Assembly: GCF_006345805.1 (NCBI RefSeq) | Contig: NC_043012.1 | Location: 55,056,001-55,120,000 of the forward strand | Source: Octopus sinensis | Lineage: Eukaryota | Length of the DNA: 64,000 nucleotides | Direction of reading: 5' to 3' | In this document: piece by piece, positions 1 through 13,212 of the stretch | Layout of the letters: each line of letters starts with the position of its first letter | How positions within the stretch are numbered: the stretch's first letter is position 1 | Notes under the pieces: generated by a model | Seen by the model: only the letters and a program-made list of their open reading frames with translations | Database searches by the model: none | Told to the model about the DNA's origin: nothing | Position numbers and translations under genes: made by a program

Positions 1-1161
1 TTTGATTTGCGGGAAGGATTGTTTTAACAAAGTCGTGTCTTGTCCCTACCTTCGAAACACGGAGTAGATAAAACGGAATATTCTTTATGTTTTCTGTCTC
101 ATCTCTCTATTTGTTTCTTTCTTTTTTCGATAAAAAAGTTTGTTTTCTATGTTTTTGCTTTTTATATTCTTGTTTCTCATTTTGTTCACGTTTTTTTTTG
201 ACGTCCTGTACTTATATATGCATGCATATATATATGTAGGTATGTACTTATATGTATGTATATATGCATATGTTTATATATTATTTATATTATTTAATGT
301 AACTATTCCATCTTAAAAAAAAAAAACATTACCCAATTTGACATGTAGTCCTAAAGACGATATCACGATTTGGGTCAGTGATCTTGAGCTTACTCAGTAG
401 TTTTCTGTCTCACCTACCCTCTCTGTGTCTTACACCTACATTAGTCTGATGTTATTTGGAATTTTGTCATTGCGTTTACAATCTTAAACATATTATATAA
501 TTTGTTTATGTGAGAAATTGTTAATGCTATTGTATACACATAACAAAAGATTCTGTAGGTGTACAGGTACAATATTGTCAGTATATTCTTTTGTACGTTT
601 CAATCAATTACCATGGTTTTCTGACAGAGTAATTGTTAGTTTTTGCTCTGTTGCATTTAACATTTATTTGTTGTTCATACCATGCATAAATTACTACCAT
701 TTCTAAACATTACTGTATTAAATATTGGAGTACTGCACAGTCATTCACTTCGGTTTATTTTTCAGAAAAATCTTAGCATTTTTTCAGTTTAGGACCACAA
801 AATGAAAGCAGAAATTATAACGAGTAATCTACATTAAAATCTGAAATTATAGAATTATAATTTTTGTATATTTAAACATGGAACCCTGAAAACAATTTTT
901 TAAATGTTAAAAGCAGGAGAAATTTGAGTGATTGGGAAATAAAATTTTTAAAAGCATATTTTTTTTTTTTTGAATTGTAATTTCCATTCTTGAAAACAGG
1001 AATCCAGAATAATTTTTGGATTCCCATGTTTTCAACAATGGAGATTATCATAGATTTATGCCCCCATTACCCATTCTTGTCAAAATTTTAATTCCTCTAC
1101 GGCACAATTTTGTTTTTGTTTTTAACCTTTTTGACTTAAAAGAAATTCTACATGAGGTATT

Positions 1162-1581
1162 GGAGTGGCTGTGTGGTAAGTAGCTTGCTTACCAACCACA
1201 TGGTTCTGGGTTCAGTCCCACAGTGTGGCACCTTGGGCAAGTGTCTTCTACTATAGCCTCAGGCTGACCAAATCCTTGTGAGTGGATTTGGCAGATGGAA
1301 ACTGAAAGAAGCCTATCGTATATATGTGTATATATATATATATATGTATATATATGTACATGTGAGTGTATATGTTTGTGTGTCTGTGTTTGTCCCCCCA
1401 ACATTGCTTGACAACCGATGCTGGTGTGTTTACATCCTCATAACTTAGTGTTCAGCAAAAGAGTCCCATAGAATAAGTGCTAGGTTTACAAAAAAATAAG
1501 TCCTGGGGTTGATATGCTCGACAAAAGGTGGTGTTCCAGCATGGCCACAGTCAAATGACTGAAACAAGTAAAAGAGTAAAA
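1162..1581 (+). mobile_element. tRNA-derived CORE-type SINE (octopus OR-like family)
   Basis: GGAGTGGCTGTGTGGTAAG A box, GGTTCAGTCCC B box, CCTTGGGCAAGTG core, internal (TA/TG)n, tail GAAACAAGTAAAAGAG; more than 15 copies in the window. Confidence 0.85.
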
Positions 1582-2103
1582 AATTAAAAAATATGGAGAT
1601 TACAATTCTAAATAAATCTTTTTCCCAAATTTCAATTGTTTTTTTATAAGTAACCCCTCCTTCCTCTCACAGCTTTTGTAATATCCACAATTTTGCTTGC
1701 AAAAAGAAGAATTTATATATTTTACAAGCAGCCAAAGTTTCTTTATCATTACTCATTGTTTTATGTTGATAATCATTGAAAGCATTGAAGAAAGGATAGA
1801 GGTATATAAGCAAAAATATTCATAAACACATTGAAGTATAATTTGTGATTAATATTTGAGTAGTTGCAAACAACAAGAAAAAGCAGAGTTAAAAAATGCA
1901 TCCAGATGCAGAACATAATATATTCATCGCTTCACATGTAAAAACAAGTGACACATTTCTGTTTTCAGTATCAAATGTATAAAATAGAAAAAAAATACGA
2001 GAGTTAGCTATTCTAATGCAGTTTTAGTGTTGACGAATACCCAAATGTCTTCTATTTTCCAATTTGTGACCATCTTGCAGAGTACGGTAAAGCCATTATG
2101 TGG

Positions 2104-2152
<49 letters not shown>

Positions 2153-2188
2153 AAATAATAATAATAATAATAATAATAATATAATGAA

Positions 2189-2222
<34 letters not shown>

Positions 2223-2348
2223 TAATAATAATAATATAATGAAAATAATAATAATAATAATAATAATGAAAATATAATAATAATAATAATAATAGTAGTA
2301 ATAATAATAATAATAATAATGAAATATAATAATATAATAATAATAATA

Positions 2349-2402
<54 letters not shown>

Positions 2403-2410
2403 TAATAATA

Positions 2411-2451
<41 letters not shown>

Positions 2452-2484
2452 TGAAAAATAATAATGAAAATAATAATGAAATAA
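2104..2484. repeat. (AAT)n microsatellite
   Basis: Direct reading. Confidence 0.95.
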
Positions 2485-2485
2485 T

Positions 2486-2971
2486 GGAAGTGTTATCATG
2501 TACATTGTTTGTGTCTTGGTATAAAAGATGGGCTACAGCAAATATTCTGCTCAATACCACAGATTTGCTTGTCAGTTGTTTGACCTTAACCAGTTGAGCA
2601 TGTCCCTTAGTGGCTGACGATATGTGCATCTCTGATCACAAGCAGAAGTAGTGGGGGAGCATCATAGCCATGTGTTGAGAGGGATTCTTTGGGGTTTGAA
2701 TAATTCACCTCTGGAAACATGGGTGGTTCTTTCAACATCCTTAAACAACCCTTATTCAGGGAACTTTTGAGCAGGATGGGCTACTCAACCTGAAGAAAAT
2801 TCTAACTGAGCTTCACCTGCAAGGTTATGTGCTGTTTATCTTGATATGAGATCACCATGTCGCGCACATATGGTTGTGATGCATGTGCCTGGTGTACCTT
2901 TATCAGACGGGTAGTCATGATGGGTATATTGGGCTTCGTATATTTTGATGGCATGCACTACTCTCTCACTC

Positions 2972-3057
<86 letters not shown>

Positions 3058-3650
3058 TAATAATAATAATAATAATAATAATAATTTATGCCCTGATGCA
3101 GTACCAAGCAGTGGCTCTCATGGCTTCTGACCTTAACTGATTGGAAGTGTTATCATGTACATTGTTTTGTCTTGGTATAAAAGATGGGCTACAGCAAATT
3201 TTCTGCTCAATACCACAGATCTGCTTGTCAGTTGTTTGACCTTAACCAGTTCAGCATGTCCCTTAGTGGCTGACAATATGTGCATCTTTGATCACGAGAA
3301 GAAGTAGAGTGGAGCATCATAGCCATGTGTTGAAAGGAATTCTTTGGTTTTAAATAATTCACCTCTGGAAACGTGAGTGTTTCATTCAACATCCTTAAAC
3401 AACCCTTATTAAGGGACCTTTTGAATGGTACGCGTTACTTGATCTGAAGAAAATTCTAACTGGGCCCCACCTGCAGGGTCGTGCATTGTTTTTCTTGGTA
3501 TGAAATCCCCATATCACACACATATGGTCGTGATACACGTGCCTGGTGTACCCTTATCAGACAGGTAGTCATGATGGGTATACTGGGCTTCGTATATATT
3601 TTACCCCAGTGTCATTTGATGGCATGCACTGCTCTCTCACTCAATGATAA
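2486..3650 (+). mobile_element. Two tandem copies of an about 560-bp non-coding retroposon, each embedded in (AAT)n (also 62788-63445 +, 6817-7000 -, 5478-5628 -)
   Basis: TGCCCTGATGCAGTACC...GCACTGCTCTCTCACTC-(AAT)n repeated; (AAT)n at the intact ends of the fuller copies. Confidence 0.8.
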
Positions 3651-4102
3651 TTCTTTTTACTAAAGGCATAAGGACTGAAATTTTGGGGTAGGGGATAAGT
3701 CAATTACATCAATCTGTGTTTCACTGGTACTTAATTTCATTGACCCCTAAAAGGATGAAAGGCAAATGATAATGATGATGATGGTGGTGGTGGTGATGAT
3801 GATGATGATAATGATGATCCTTTCTACTGAAGGCACAAGGTTTGAAATTTTGGAGGAGGGGACTAGTCGATTACATTGACCCCAGTGTTTCACTGGTATT
3901 CAATTTATCAACCCTGAAAGGATGAAAAGCAAAGTCGACCTCAACCGAATTTGAACTCATTATATAATAATGAATGAAATTCCACTAAGCATTTCATCTA
4001 GAGTGCTAACAATTCTGCCAGCTCACCACTTTAATAATAATAATAATGATAATGATAACCTTAGTTTGACCTAAATTTATTCTATTTGTTTTTATTTTCC
4101 AG

Positions 4103-4205
4103 GGCCTTTCCCTTCCCATGGATGTGCAAGGACAAGGAGTTTAGGATTAAAAGCCTTGCGAAAGCCCTGTCAGAAAGTGAATATGATATCATTTTACTCC
4201 AAGAG
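4103..4205 (+). CDS. SMPD2: SMPD2-like coding exon ((W)AFPFPWMCKDKEFRIKSLAKALSESEYDIILLQE)
   Basis: ttttccag acceptor, gtattc donor; contains the Mg-binding LQE motif. Confidence 0.9.
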
Positions 4206-7010
4206 GTATTCCTTACACTTACAACATATGATTTCGTTATTTCTTTGTAATAATTTTAATTTTTAGTGGTATAAAGAGAAGCTGGTAAAAAAATGTCAAA
4301 CTCTGTTATCCTCATTTTAGTTTCCATATCTGTCCTCAGCTATGATCATAAATGGTAGGTAATGACTAAAAGAATTTAATCGAGAATACTAGTAGCCAAA
4401 ATGGGATTCCTCTGAAGGATCTTTGGAATAACATTCCTTGGTGGGGTGCATAGCTCAGAGATTAATTTCTTTGTCTGAAGATGATGAGGAAGAATGCCAT
4501 TCCCTCAAGTGGTTATGTAAACCAATCCTTGATGCTGTAGGGCTTTTCCTCCTGCCTGCACTTAGTAATTTTAAATTGAGGATCAGTTCATGTAATCCGA
4601 TCCCACTCTTTAGACCCAAAGGTTTTGGGTATGACTTCAAACTACACCTAGTAGTGGGGCTCTGGTCCAGGAGTTCCAGAGTTTTGAGGTGTGTGGATCT
4701 ACTGCTTAACCACTATTTTGCCCAGGTCTACATTGACCTGAAACAGTAGTACCTGTCTGAGTCCTAGCTATGGGCTAATAAGCATGTAATGGAAGAAATA
4801 CCAAGCACAAACCTTCACTGCCTTGTGAGTGTCATGGAAAAGGAAAAGTCTAGGGGAGTCAACCTCAACAGTTAATCAAGCAGGGGAGTCTCTCAAGCAG
4901 TTCAGTGCTCTCTTCGACACTCTTCAGTCAACTCCAGGGTAGGTAGAGCTCTCCAGCCTTGTGAGGCAATTCACTGACAAGAGAGGCCACTCCAATGTAA
5001 AACCTTCCGCTTGCAGGCCATCATAGCTGTTTTAGCCCTCTGAGCCTCAGCTACCACCAGGCCCTGCACAAATGCAAATCACTTCTCCCAGTCCCTCCTC
5101 ACCAGAGCATCACCTCTGCTCTGTCTTGTTTCCTTGTACATGAAATGCTTTCTAAAGACACAATATGGCTCCCGTCTTATACATGACAAAGACAATCTAA
5201 AGATGGTTTCAAACCCTGTCATATTCCTTATATCACATTACATGAACACAAAATTCAATGAGTCAGGAAAGAAATTCTATGAAGTCACTTGGCCTGTTAG
5301 AAATAGCAGCCAAATAACTTTCACATCACATTCTACTCTATTACACTGTGTAACATGATTTTTCTCTTTGGGTGGTAGCAACTGTAATTGCCTATTTGCT
5401 TACCCCAAGAGAGTATGAAAAATGGCTAATATTTTCTTGAAACTTTGCTTTTGTTACATTTATTCAAAGCACCAAAGAATCCCTCTTATCACATGGCTAT
5501 GATGCTCCCCAACTGCTTCTGCTCATGATCAGAGATGCACATATTGTTAGCCACTAAGAGACGTTCAAGTGGTTAAGGTCAAGCAAGCGGCAAACAAATC
5601 TGTGGTATTAAGCAGAATATTTGCTACGATGATATTTCTGCTTCAAGAACTCAAACCTGAATCTGTCTGAAATGTAATAGAAAATAGGTCAGTTTCAAAA
5701 CACTGATGTCTAGGTCACAAAAGCAAAGTTTGAAGGGAATAGTAGTCATTTCCTTTGATTTCTAAATAGAAGTAAATAAGAAATAACACTTACTGATCAT
5801 TTACTGGTCTTTGTCTTCTTACCTTTCAATCCTCATGGCTCTCCCATCATGAGAAAAAATTAAGCTCAACAACAACAACAACACAACAACAACAACAACA
5901 ACGATTAAATCGTTTTATATCCAAATAAAGAAATATTTTGTAATTTTTCTTTCAATGAATTCTTGTTTAACAATGTTTGTTTCTTGCAGATTTGGTGCAT
6001 ATCTGACTTTGAATATTTACAGTTAATGATTTCAAATAAATTACCACATTCCCACTATTTTTACAGGTAAGGAAGTAGTTTTGTTTTTGTTGTATCCTGA
6101 ACACCCCCACATTGCTGAAGGTGGACTAACCGATTACAATAAATAAGAACTGAGAGAACTGTCAGCAAGTAATTGATGCTATTAGTATGACCATGTTGGT
6201 TTACCATGTTCAGTTCAACAGTCAGTGGTTGTGATGCTATTAGTTCGGCCATGATGGTTTACCATGTTCAGTTCAACAGTTGGTGGTTGAACAGCAAATA
6301 CTGAGTATTCTACTTAGATTCGAGTTGTACAGAATGCGTTCTGTGTTAACATATTTCTGCAAAAGGTTATTTTTAGATAACCACAACCAACTATTTATTT
6401 TGTGTAATACCACATTACACCAGACGTGTATACCCACGTCATAACATTTTTGGTGATGATATTATTTGAAGCTCATGCTGGACTGAATTTTACTTGAACA
6501 TGGAAGGTTTGCTAGATTCGGTAATTTAATTACAGCAACAACAACATCAACAACAGCAGTTGTTGGAATTACAGAAGCAGTAACAGCAACAGTATCAGCA
6601 GCAGCAGCGTCAGCTGTTCAAGAATTTGGACCTGGAGAGCTCCATTTCCAGCGACTTCGAGGTCCACCTCCCAGTGGTGTCGGGTGTCAATGAAGAGTCC
6701 TCGACTACAATAAGATGACTAAAGTTTTTTTTTTTCCAAGGTCTGGGGTCTCCCACCCCTAAGCCCTTGACCATCACCTAATCACCCTTACCCATCTTGT
6801 TGCTTATTATATGGTCAGCCACTAAGGGACATGGTCAACTGGTTAAGGTCAAACAACTGACAAACAAATCTGTGCTATTGAGCAGAATATTTGCTGTAGC
6901 CCATCTTTTATACCAAGACAAAACAATGTACATGATAACACTTCCAATCAGTTAAGATCAGAAGCCACGAGAGCCACTGCCTGGTACTGCATCAGGGCAT
7001 AAATTATTAA

Positions 7011-7061
<51 letters not shown>

Positions 7062-8806
7062 CATTATTATCATCATTATTATTATTATTATTATTCTCAT
7101 TGTCATCATTTTGCTTTATATAATTTATACAGTGGCAGTTTTGGCAGTGGTATGTGTGTCTTCACAAAATTTCCAATCAACGATGTTCTCTATATCAATT
7201 TTCGTCTAAATGGCTATGCACACAAGTTACAGCACGGTGACTGGTTTGCTGGCAAAGGAGTTGGCCTTATCAAAGTTGAAGTCAATGGCTTAATGATCAA
7301 CATCTACATAACACATGTAAGTCCGGCTGAAAGTTTCAGCACTTTATGTTTATTTAAAAAAAATTTTTCTTAAACCAATTTTGTGGTTTATTGGTGGATG
7401 GAAGCACTCCATCGGTTACGACGATGAGGGTTCCGGTTGATCCAATCAACGGAACAGCCTGCTCGTGAAATTAACGTGTAAGTGGCTGAGCATTCCACAG
7501 ACACGTGTACCCTTAACGTAGTTCTCGGGGATATTCAGCGTGACACAGAGAGTGACAAGGCCGGCCCTTTGAAATACAGGTACAACAGAAACAGGAAGTA
7601 AGAGTGAGAGAAAGTTGTGGTGAAAGAGTACAGCAGGGATCACCACCATCCCTGCCGGAGCCTCATGGAGCTTTAGGTGTTTTCACTCAATAAACACTCA
7701 CAACGCCCGGTCTGGGAATCAAAACTGCGATCCTACGACCGCTAGTTCGCTGCCCTAACCACTGGGCCATTGCACCTCCACAATGTGGTTTATTACAAGA
7801 GAAAAGACAGCATTTCAATAAGTTTTGGGAGGGAAGTAGTTTTGATACTGGATGGGTATGAGATGTTTCGGCACAGCTGTTCTGGTGCCACCTATTTAAC
7901 ATTGATGTGATGCTGACTTATTTGACATCAGAAATTTTAATACTTCTCTCTCTCCTCTCTCTCTCTCTCCTCTCTCACCTCTCTCTCTCCCCCCCTCTCC
8001 CCCTCCTCTCTCTCTTCCCTCTCTCTCTCCCTTCTCTCTCCTCTCACTGTTTACGTGTGTGAGGAGAGAGGAAAATGATTATGTCAATCATATTCTATCA
8101 TCATCATCAACATCATTTTTCTCGTCCACTTTTCTATGCTTGCATGGGTTGGATGGGGCTTTATTGAGGTGGGTTTTCTATGACTGGATGCCTTTCCTGT
8201 CAACAACCCTTACCTGTTTCCAAGCAACTTAATATTTCCCCATGGCCAGACATGTTCTTGTAGAATATTAGAAATGAATAACACTACTTGTATGATAGGA
8301 AGGAAAGAACCCCTTCATTCATAAATGACCATGGGATTGCATCTAGAAAGTTCCCCTCAGAGGCACAAGTCCGGGAAAGGTTGTTTATGGAAGACCAACA
8401 ATCACCCATGCATATCAGGTTTCCCTCTCCATGCCACCAATGTTATCCAAGAGAAAGGCAACAGCCAATACAGCTTGGCACCAGTGATGTCACAACTCAT
8501 TTCTACAGGTGAACGAACTGGAGCAACATGAAATAAAGTGTCTTGCTCATAAACACAACACACAGCCCAATCTGGGAATTGAACTCACTTCCTCATGATT
8601 GTGAGCCTGATGCTCTAACCACTGAGCCATGCGCCTTCACACCTCTGTGATAGTGGCAATCATTTACAACTGTTACATGATTTCAAGACAAGGAAACACA
8701 AACACACACACACTTACATACATAACACATACATATATAAATACATGCATACTTTCATACATACATATACATACATACATACACACAAACACACACACAC
8801 ACACAC

Positions 8807-8846
<40 letters not shown>

Positions 8847-10549
8847 TACATACATGTATACACACACACACAATAGGATTCTTCCAGTTTCCGTCTACTG
8901 AAATCACTCCCAAGGCATTGGTCTGTGCAAAGCTATAGCAAAAGACACTTGCTGAAGGTGGCATGCAGTGGCATTGAACCCAGAATCATGTGGCTGGAAA
9001 GCACACATCTTACCACACAGCCACACCTGTGCTTAATTAATAAATTGTAAGGTATCTCTCTATTTCTGTATGTATATATTTTCCATGTGTGTGTGTGTGT
9101 GTCTGTTTGCCTCCAGTGCCAAAAAGTACTCTCACCAAAGCAGATTTAACACCCAGTCAGCTGAGCCAATTTGGCAGAGTCCAAAAAGTGATTCGCACTC
9201 ATCTCATTCCGATAAGGGAGGCGAGGAAGTATGGAGAGAAGGAAGAAGCCACATTATGTGTGTTGCTGTTGTTGTTGGTTTTGTTTAAGTTCTGGATCAG
9301 ATTAGTTCCAAAGATGGTAGACTGGCAGATATAAAATATTTTGTAGTGCTTGTTCAGAAACCTTACATCAATCATGGGTAAGCTGTGGTCTACAGGATTT
9401 TCTGAATGACATGCCTAAATGAAAAAATTACTTTGTATTTTTTTAGAAGTATGGCTCACCTTGTGACGAGTCATGTTCCATGCAGCCCACTTCTCGCAAA
9501 ACGTTGCCCTTACCTGCTCAACTCTCTGAATTCTCTCACATGGATTATCTACCATGTTAACATCATATAGTGATGAGAAAAGAAATGAGATATAAAAGAA
9601 TTTCTGTTTGTTTGCAATTAGCAAAATACCTGAAGGAAATAAACAGACATTGTCAGGAATGTGGTAAAAGCAGAACCAAAGATCAAGTTTTCTTTTTGAT
9701 TTTTGAGGGGATTAAAAGTGTTGAAAGAATTTCCCTAACTTAACAAAAGATTTGGTTTATGACTATATATATATATTTACATACTTACACACATACACAC
9801 ATACAGACACACACACTCACACACACATATGCATACATACATACATATATATAATAATTATTATTTGAGGGAATAAAATCCAAACTTACAAGGAAAAAGA
9901 GTTCAATTTAGAAATACTAAATCAAATTCCACACAATATAATATATATAAGATATTAGAAAAAACCCACCTTTTATCAATTCAAAATGAATAATTAAATA
10001 ACACCATCTAGAAAATTACATATAATAAAAAAGTTAAAATTAAAATAACAATTAAAAAGTAAAGATTAAGTAAATTACAAGAATAATATAATGTATATAA
10101 CATAATATAATATAACATAATATAATATAATATATATTTTTTCTAATATTTTACATACATATATATATATATTGGGTTGTCTGGAAAGTTTGTGCCGATT
10201 TTTAAAGGAAAGAAAAAGGTCAATAAATACTTGCCATTACATTTTTAATCAACCAAATACAAACCATTTTGTTGCACAATGCGTCTCCATCTTTCCTTAA
10301 ACTTGAAAATACCCTCTTCCCAGAATTGAGGTGGTTTCATGGCAAAGAATTCATCAAGGTATCTTTTCATGTCATCCAAGGAATTGAAATTTTTACCATT
10401 AAGACTATTCTGCAGAGATCTGAATAAGTGGAAGTTTGAAGGAGCAATATCTGGTGAATATGGAGGGTGGGGTGACACATCCCAGCCGAGCTGCAGCAAT
10501 TTTTGTCTGGTTCCCAAAGAAACGTGCAGTCTTGCTTTATCTCTTAATC

Positions 10550-10584
<35 letters not shown>

Positions 10585-10615
10585 CAATAATAGTAGTAGT
10601 AATAGTGGTAGTAGT

Positions 10616-10710
<95 letters not shown>

Positions 10711-13172
10711 CAGCAACAGTAGTAAGAAGAAGAAGAAAAAGAGGAATACAAGGAGGAAGAAGAGGAAGGAGAAGAAGAAGAAGGAGCAGAAGAAGAAGAA
10801 GAAGAAGAAGAAGAAGAAGAAGAAGAAAAAGCAGAAGAAGAAGAAGCAGAAGAAGAAGAAGAAGAAGAAGAAGGAGGAGGAAGAGGTGGAGGAGGAGGAG
10901 GAGGTGGAGGAGGTGACATGATAACATAGCAAGATATGTTCACTGAAGATTATGTGAAAAGTATGTTCTTGAAAGGACATTGGAATGATCCAAGCATAAA
11001 CTAGAAGGTATCACTGAGAATAATGAATATAAGATCTTGTGGAAGCATTAGTAATGAGGTTTGAGAGATGTGTTGGAGAAATTGGGATTGACATGAGGGT
11101 AGAGCATTCTCAGAAAACTGTTTTATTGGGGACAGCGAGGATTTTGAAGCTGGTATTTGGATTTAAGTATCATGGAAAAAGATCCTTATTTCTTTATTGC
11201 CCACAAGGGGCTTAACATAGAGGGGCCAATCAAAGACTGACAAATGGATTAAGTCGATTACCAGTGCATAACTGGTACTTAATTTATCGACCCCGAAAAG
11301 ATGAAAGGCAAAGTCGACCTCAGCAGAATTTGAACTCACAATGTAATGGCAGACAAAATACCTATTTCTTTACTACCCACAAGAGGTAGAAACAAGGACA
11401 GACAAACAGATTAAGTCGATTATATCGACCCCAGTGTGTAACTGGTACTTATTTAATTGACCCCGAAAGGACGAAAGGCAAAGTCGACCTCGGCGGAATT
11501 TGAACTCAGAATGTAACGGCAGACGAAATACCGCTAACCATTTCGCCCGGCGTGCTAACATTTCTGCCAGGTCGCCGCCTTATCATGGAAAAAGATCCTG
11601 TGAGATCTTTGACAGCAGGTTGTTTGTCAACTCTTACAGAATTAGCTGGAGCAAGTGAAATTGAGGACTCTGGGAAGTGAAATGTATAATAATTATAATA
11701 ATCATTTTTTGAAAATAAATATGCTGTCTAAACTCTTTCTATTTTGATCCAGATTCATGCAGAGTATAGTAAAGATAATGACGAATATTTCACCCATCGC
11801 TTGATCCAGTCATTTCAACTTAGCCAGTTTATAAAGCAGACTTCAGAGAAATGTGATGTTGTCTTTGTTGGCGGAGACTGTAATATGGAATCAGACTCCC
11901 TCAGTTACAAAATCCTTACTACCAATGCCATGTTAAATGATGCATGGTTGAAAAAGGTCAGTAAAATTTGTTTCCATTTGGAATTAAGAAATTTATAAAA
12001 GTTTGGAAAATTTACTTCTTGGTATAATTTTTTCTTTTCTTTTTTTTTTGTTTTGTTCTGGTTAATTTTTAGGCATGAATATGCCTGTGTGATTAAGAGG
12101 TTAGCTTTGCAACCATGTAGTTTTGGGGGTCAATACTACTGTACGGTACCTTGGGCAAGTGTCTAGTATAGCACTAGACCAACCAATGACCCGGGAGTGA
12201 ACTTGATAGACAGCGACTTTGTGAAAGCCTATGTGTGTATGTGTGTATGGCATGCATGTGTGTGTGTGTATTATATCAAAGGAAAAATCAAAACCAAGGC
12301 AGAACATGTATCTCAAGTCATATAAAATAATTTAATTAGGACAAGGCAAATTTGAAGTCTTACAGCCATTTCTTATTTCTTTATTGTCCACAAGGGGCTA
12401 AACATAGAAGGGACAAACAAGGACAGACAAAGGGATTAAGTCCATTACATCGACCCCAGTGCATAACAGGTACTTAATTTATCGACCCCGAAAGGATGAA
12501 ACGCAAAGTTGACCTCAGCAGAATTTGAACTCAGAACATGAAGACAGATGAAATACCTATTTCTTTACTACCCACAAGGGGCTAAACACAGAGAGGACAA
12601 ACAAGGACAGACAAACGGATTAAGTCGATTATATTGACCCCAGTGCGTAACTGGCACTTATTTAATCGACCCCGAAAGGATGAAAGCAAAGTCGACCTTG
12701 GTGAAATTTGAACTCAGAACGTAGTGGCAGACGAAATACCGCTAAGCATTTTGCCTGGCATGCTAATGTTTCTGCCAGCTCGCTTCTTACAGCCATTTCT
12801 GGGATAACCAAATTATAGGTTAGCATGTCTATGCACTGAATATTCTGTCATCAGAGACCAAGGTATGACAGGGAAAATTTACAGTTTACAAGGAATAACA
12901 TTCAGTTTATAAGGAATAAAATAAAAGGAGTAATATAGAAGAATAAAGAGTAAAAATAGTTAGAAGAATACAGGCTGGAGAATAATGTTCACAACTCATC
13001 TTTTTCCAGAGGATATGGATGTTGGTCGGTACTTCTATGAAGGTACAGGTCTTTAGTTAAAATCCCAGGTAAATCTAGGCGCTATTTTGGCAGTATTTTG
13101 AATGATGTATTGTAAATGTGCATATAGAGCAAGAAGGTATGATAGATATAAATGGGGTTTTGTGAGTAGGTG

Positions 13173-13212
<40 letters not shown>

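Noticed and set aside
1-120. CCTTCGAAACACG resembling the 3' half of a hammerhead
   Set aside because: No CUGANGA core is visible within the window, so it cannot be supported.
1189-1404. Recurring ORF family 'QIHSQGFGWPEAIVEDTCPRCHAVG' (1189, 16355, 22296, 41507, 43295, 45207, 50604)
   Set aside because: Antisense reading of the CORE-type SINE, not a peptide gene family.
2008-3130. Long poly-L/Y/I/N ORFs (also 10436-10980, 15906-16238, 23200-23463, 49742-50260, 53067-53349)
   Set aside because: Translations of microsatellites or minisatellites; no coding signal except where a true RUNDC1 exon overlaps (50138-50246).
3088-3650. HDV-like or hammerhead ribozyme in the (AAT)n-embedded element (CCCTGATGC start)
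   Set aside because: CUGAUGC is not followed by a stem II-GAAA, and I could not build a nested double pseudoknot by eye.
7700-7781. tRNA-like sequences (also 8560-8640, 13480-13550 and other SINE heads)
   Set aside because: No complete cloverleaf or acceptor stem; they continue into SINE bodies.
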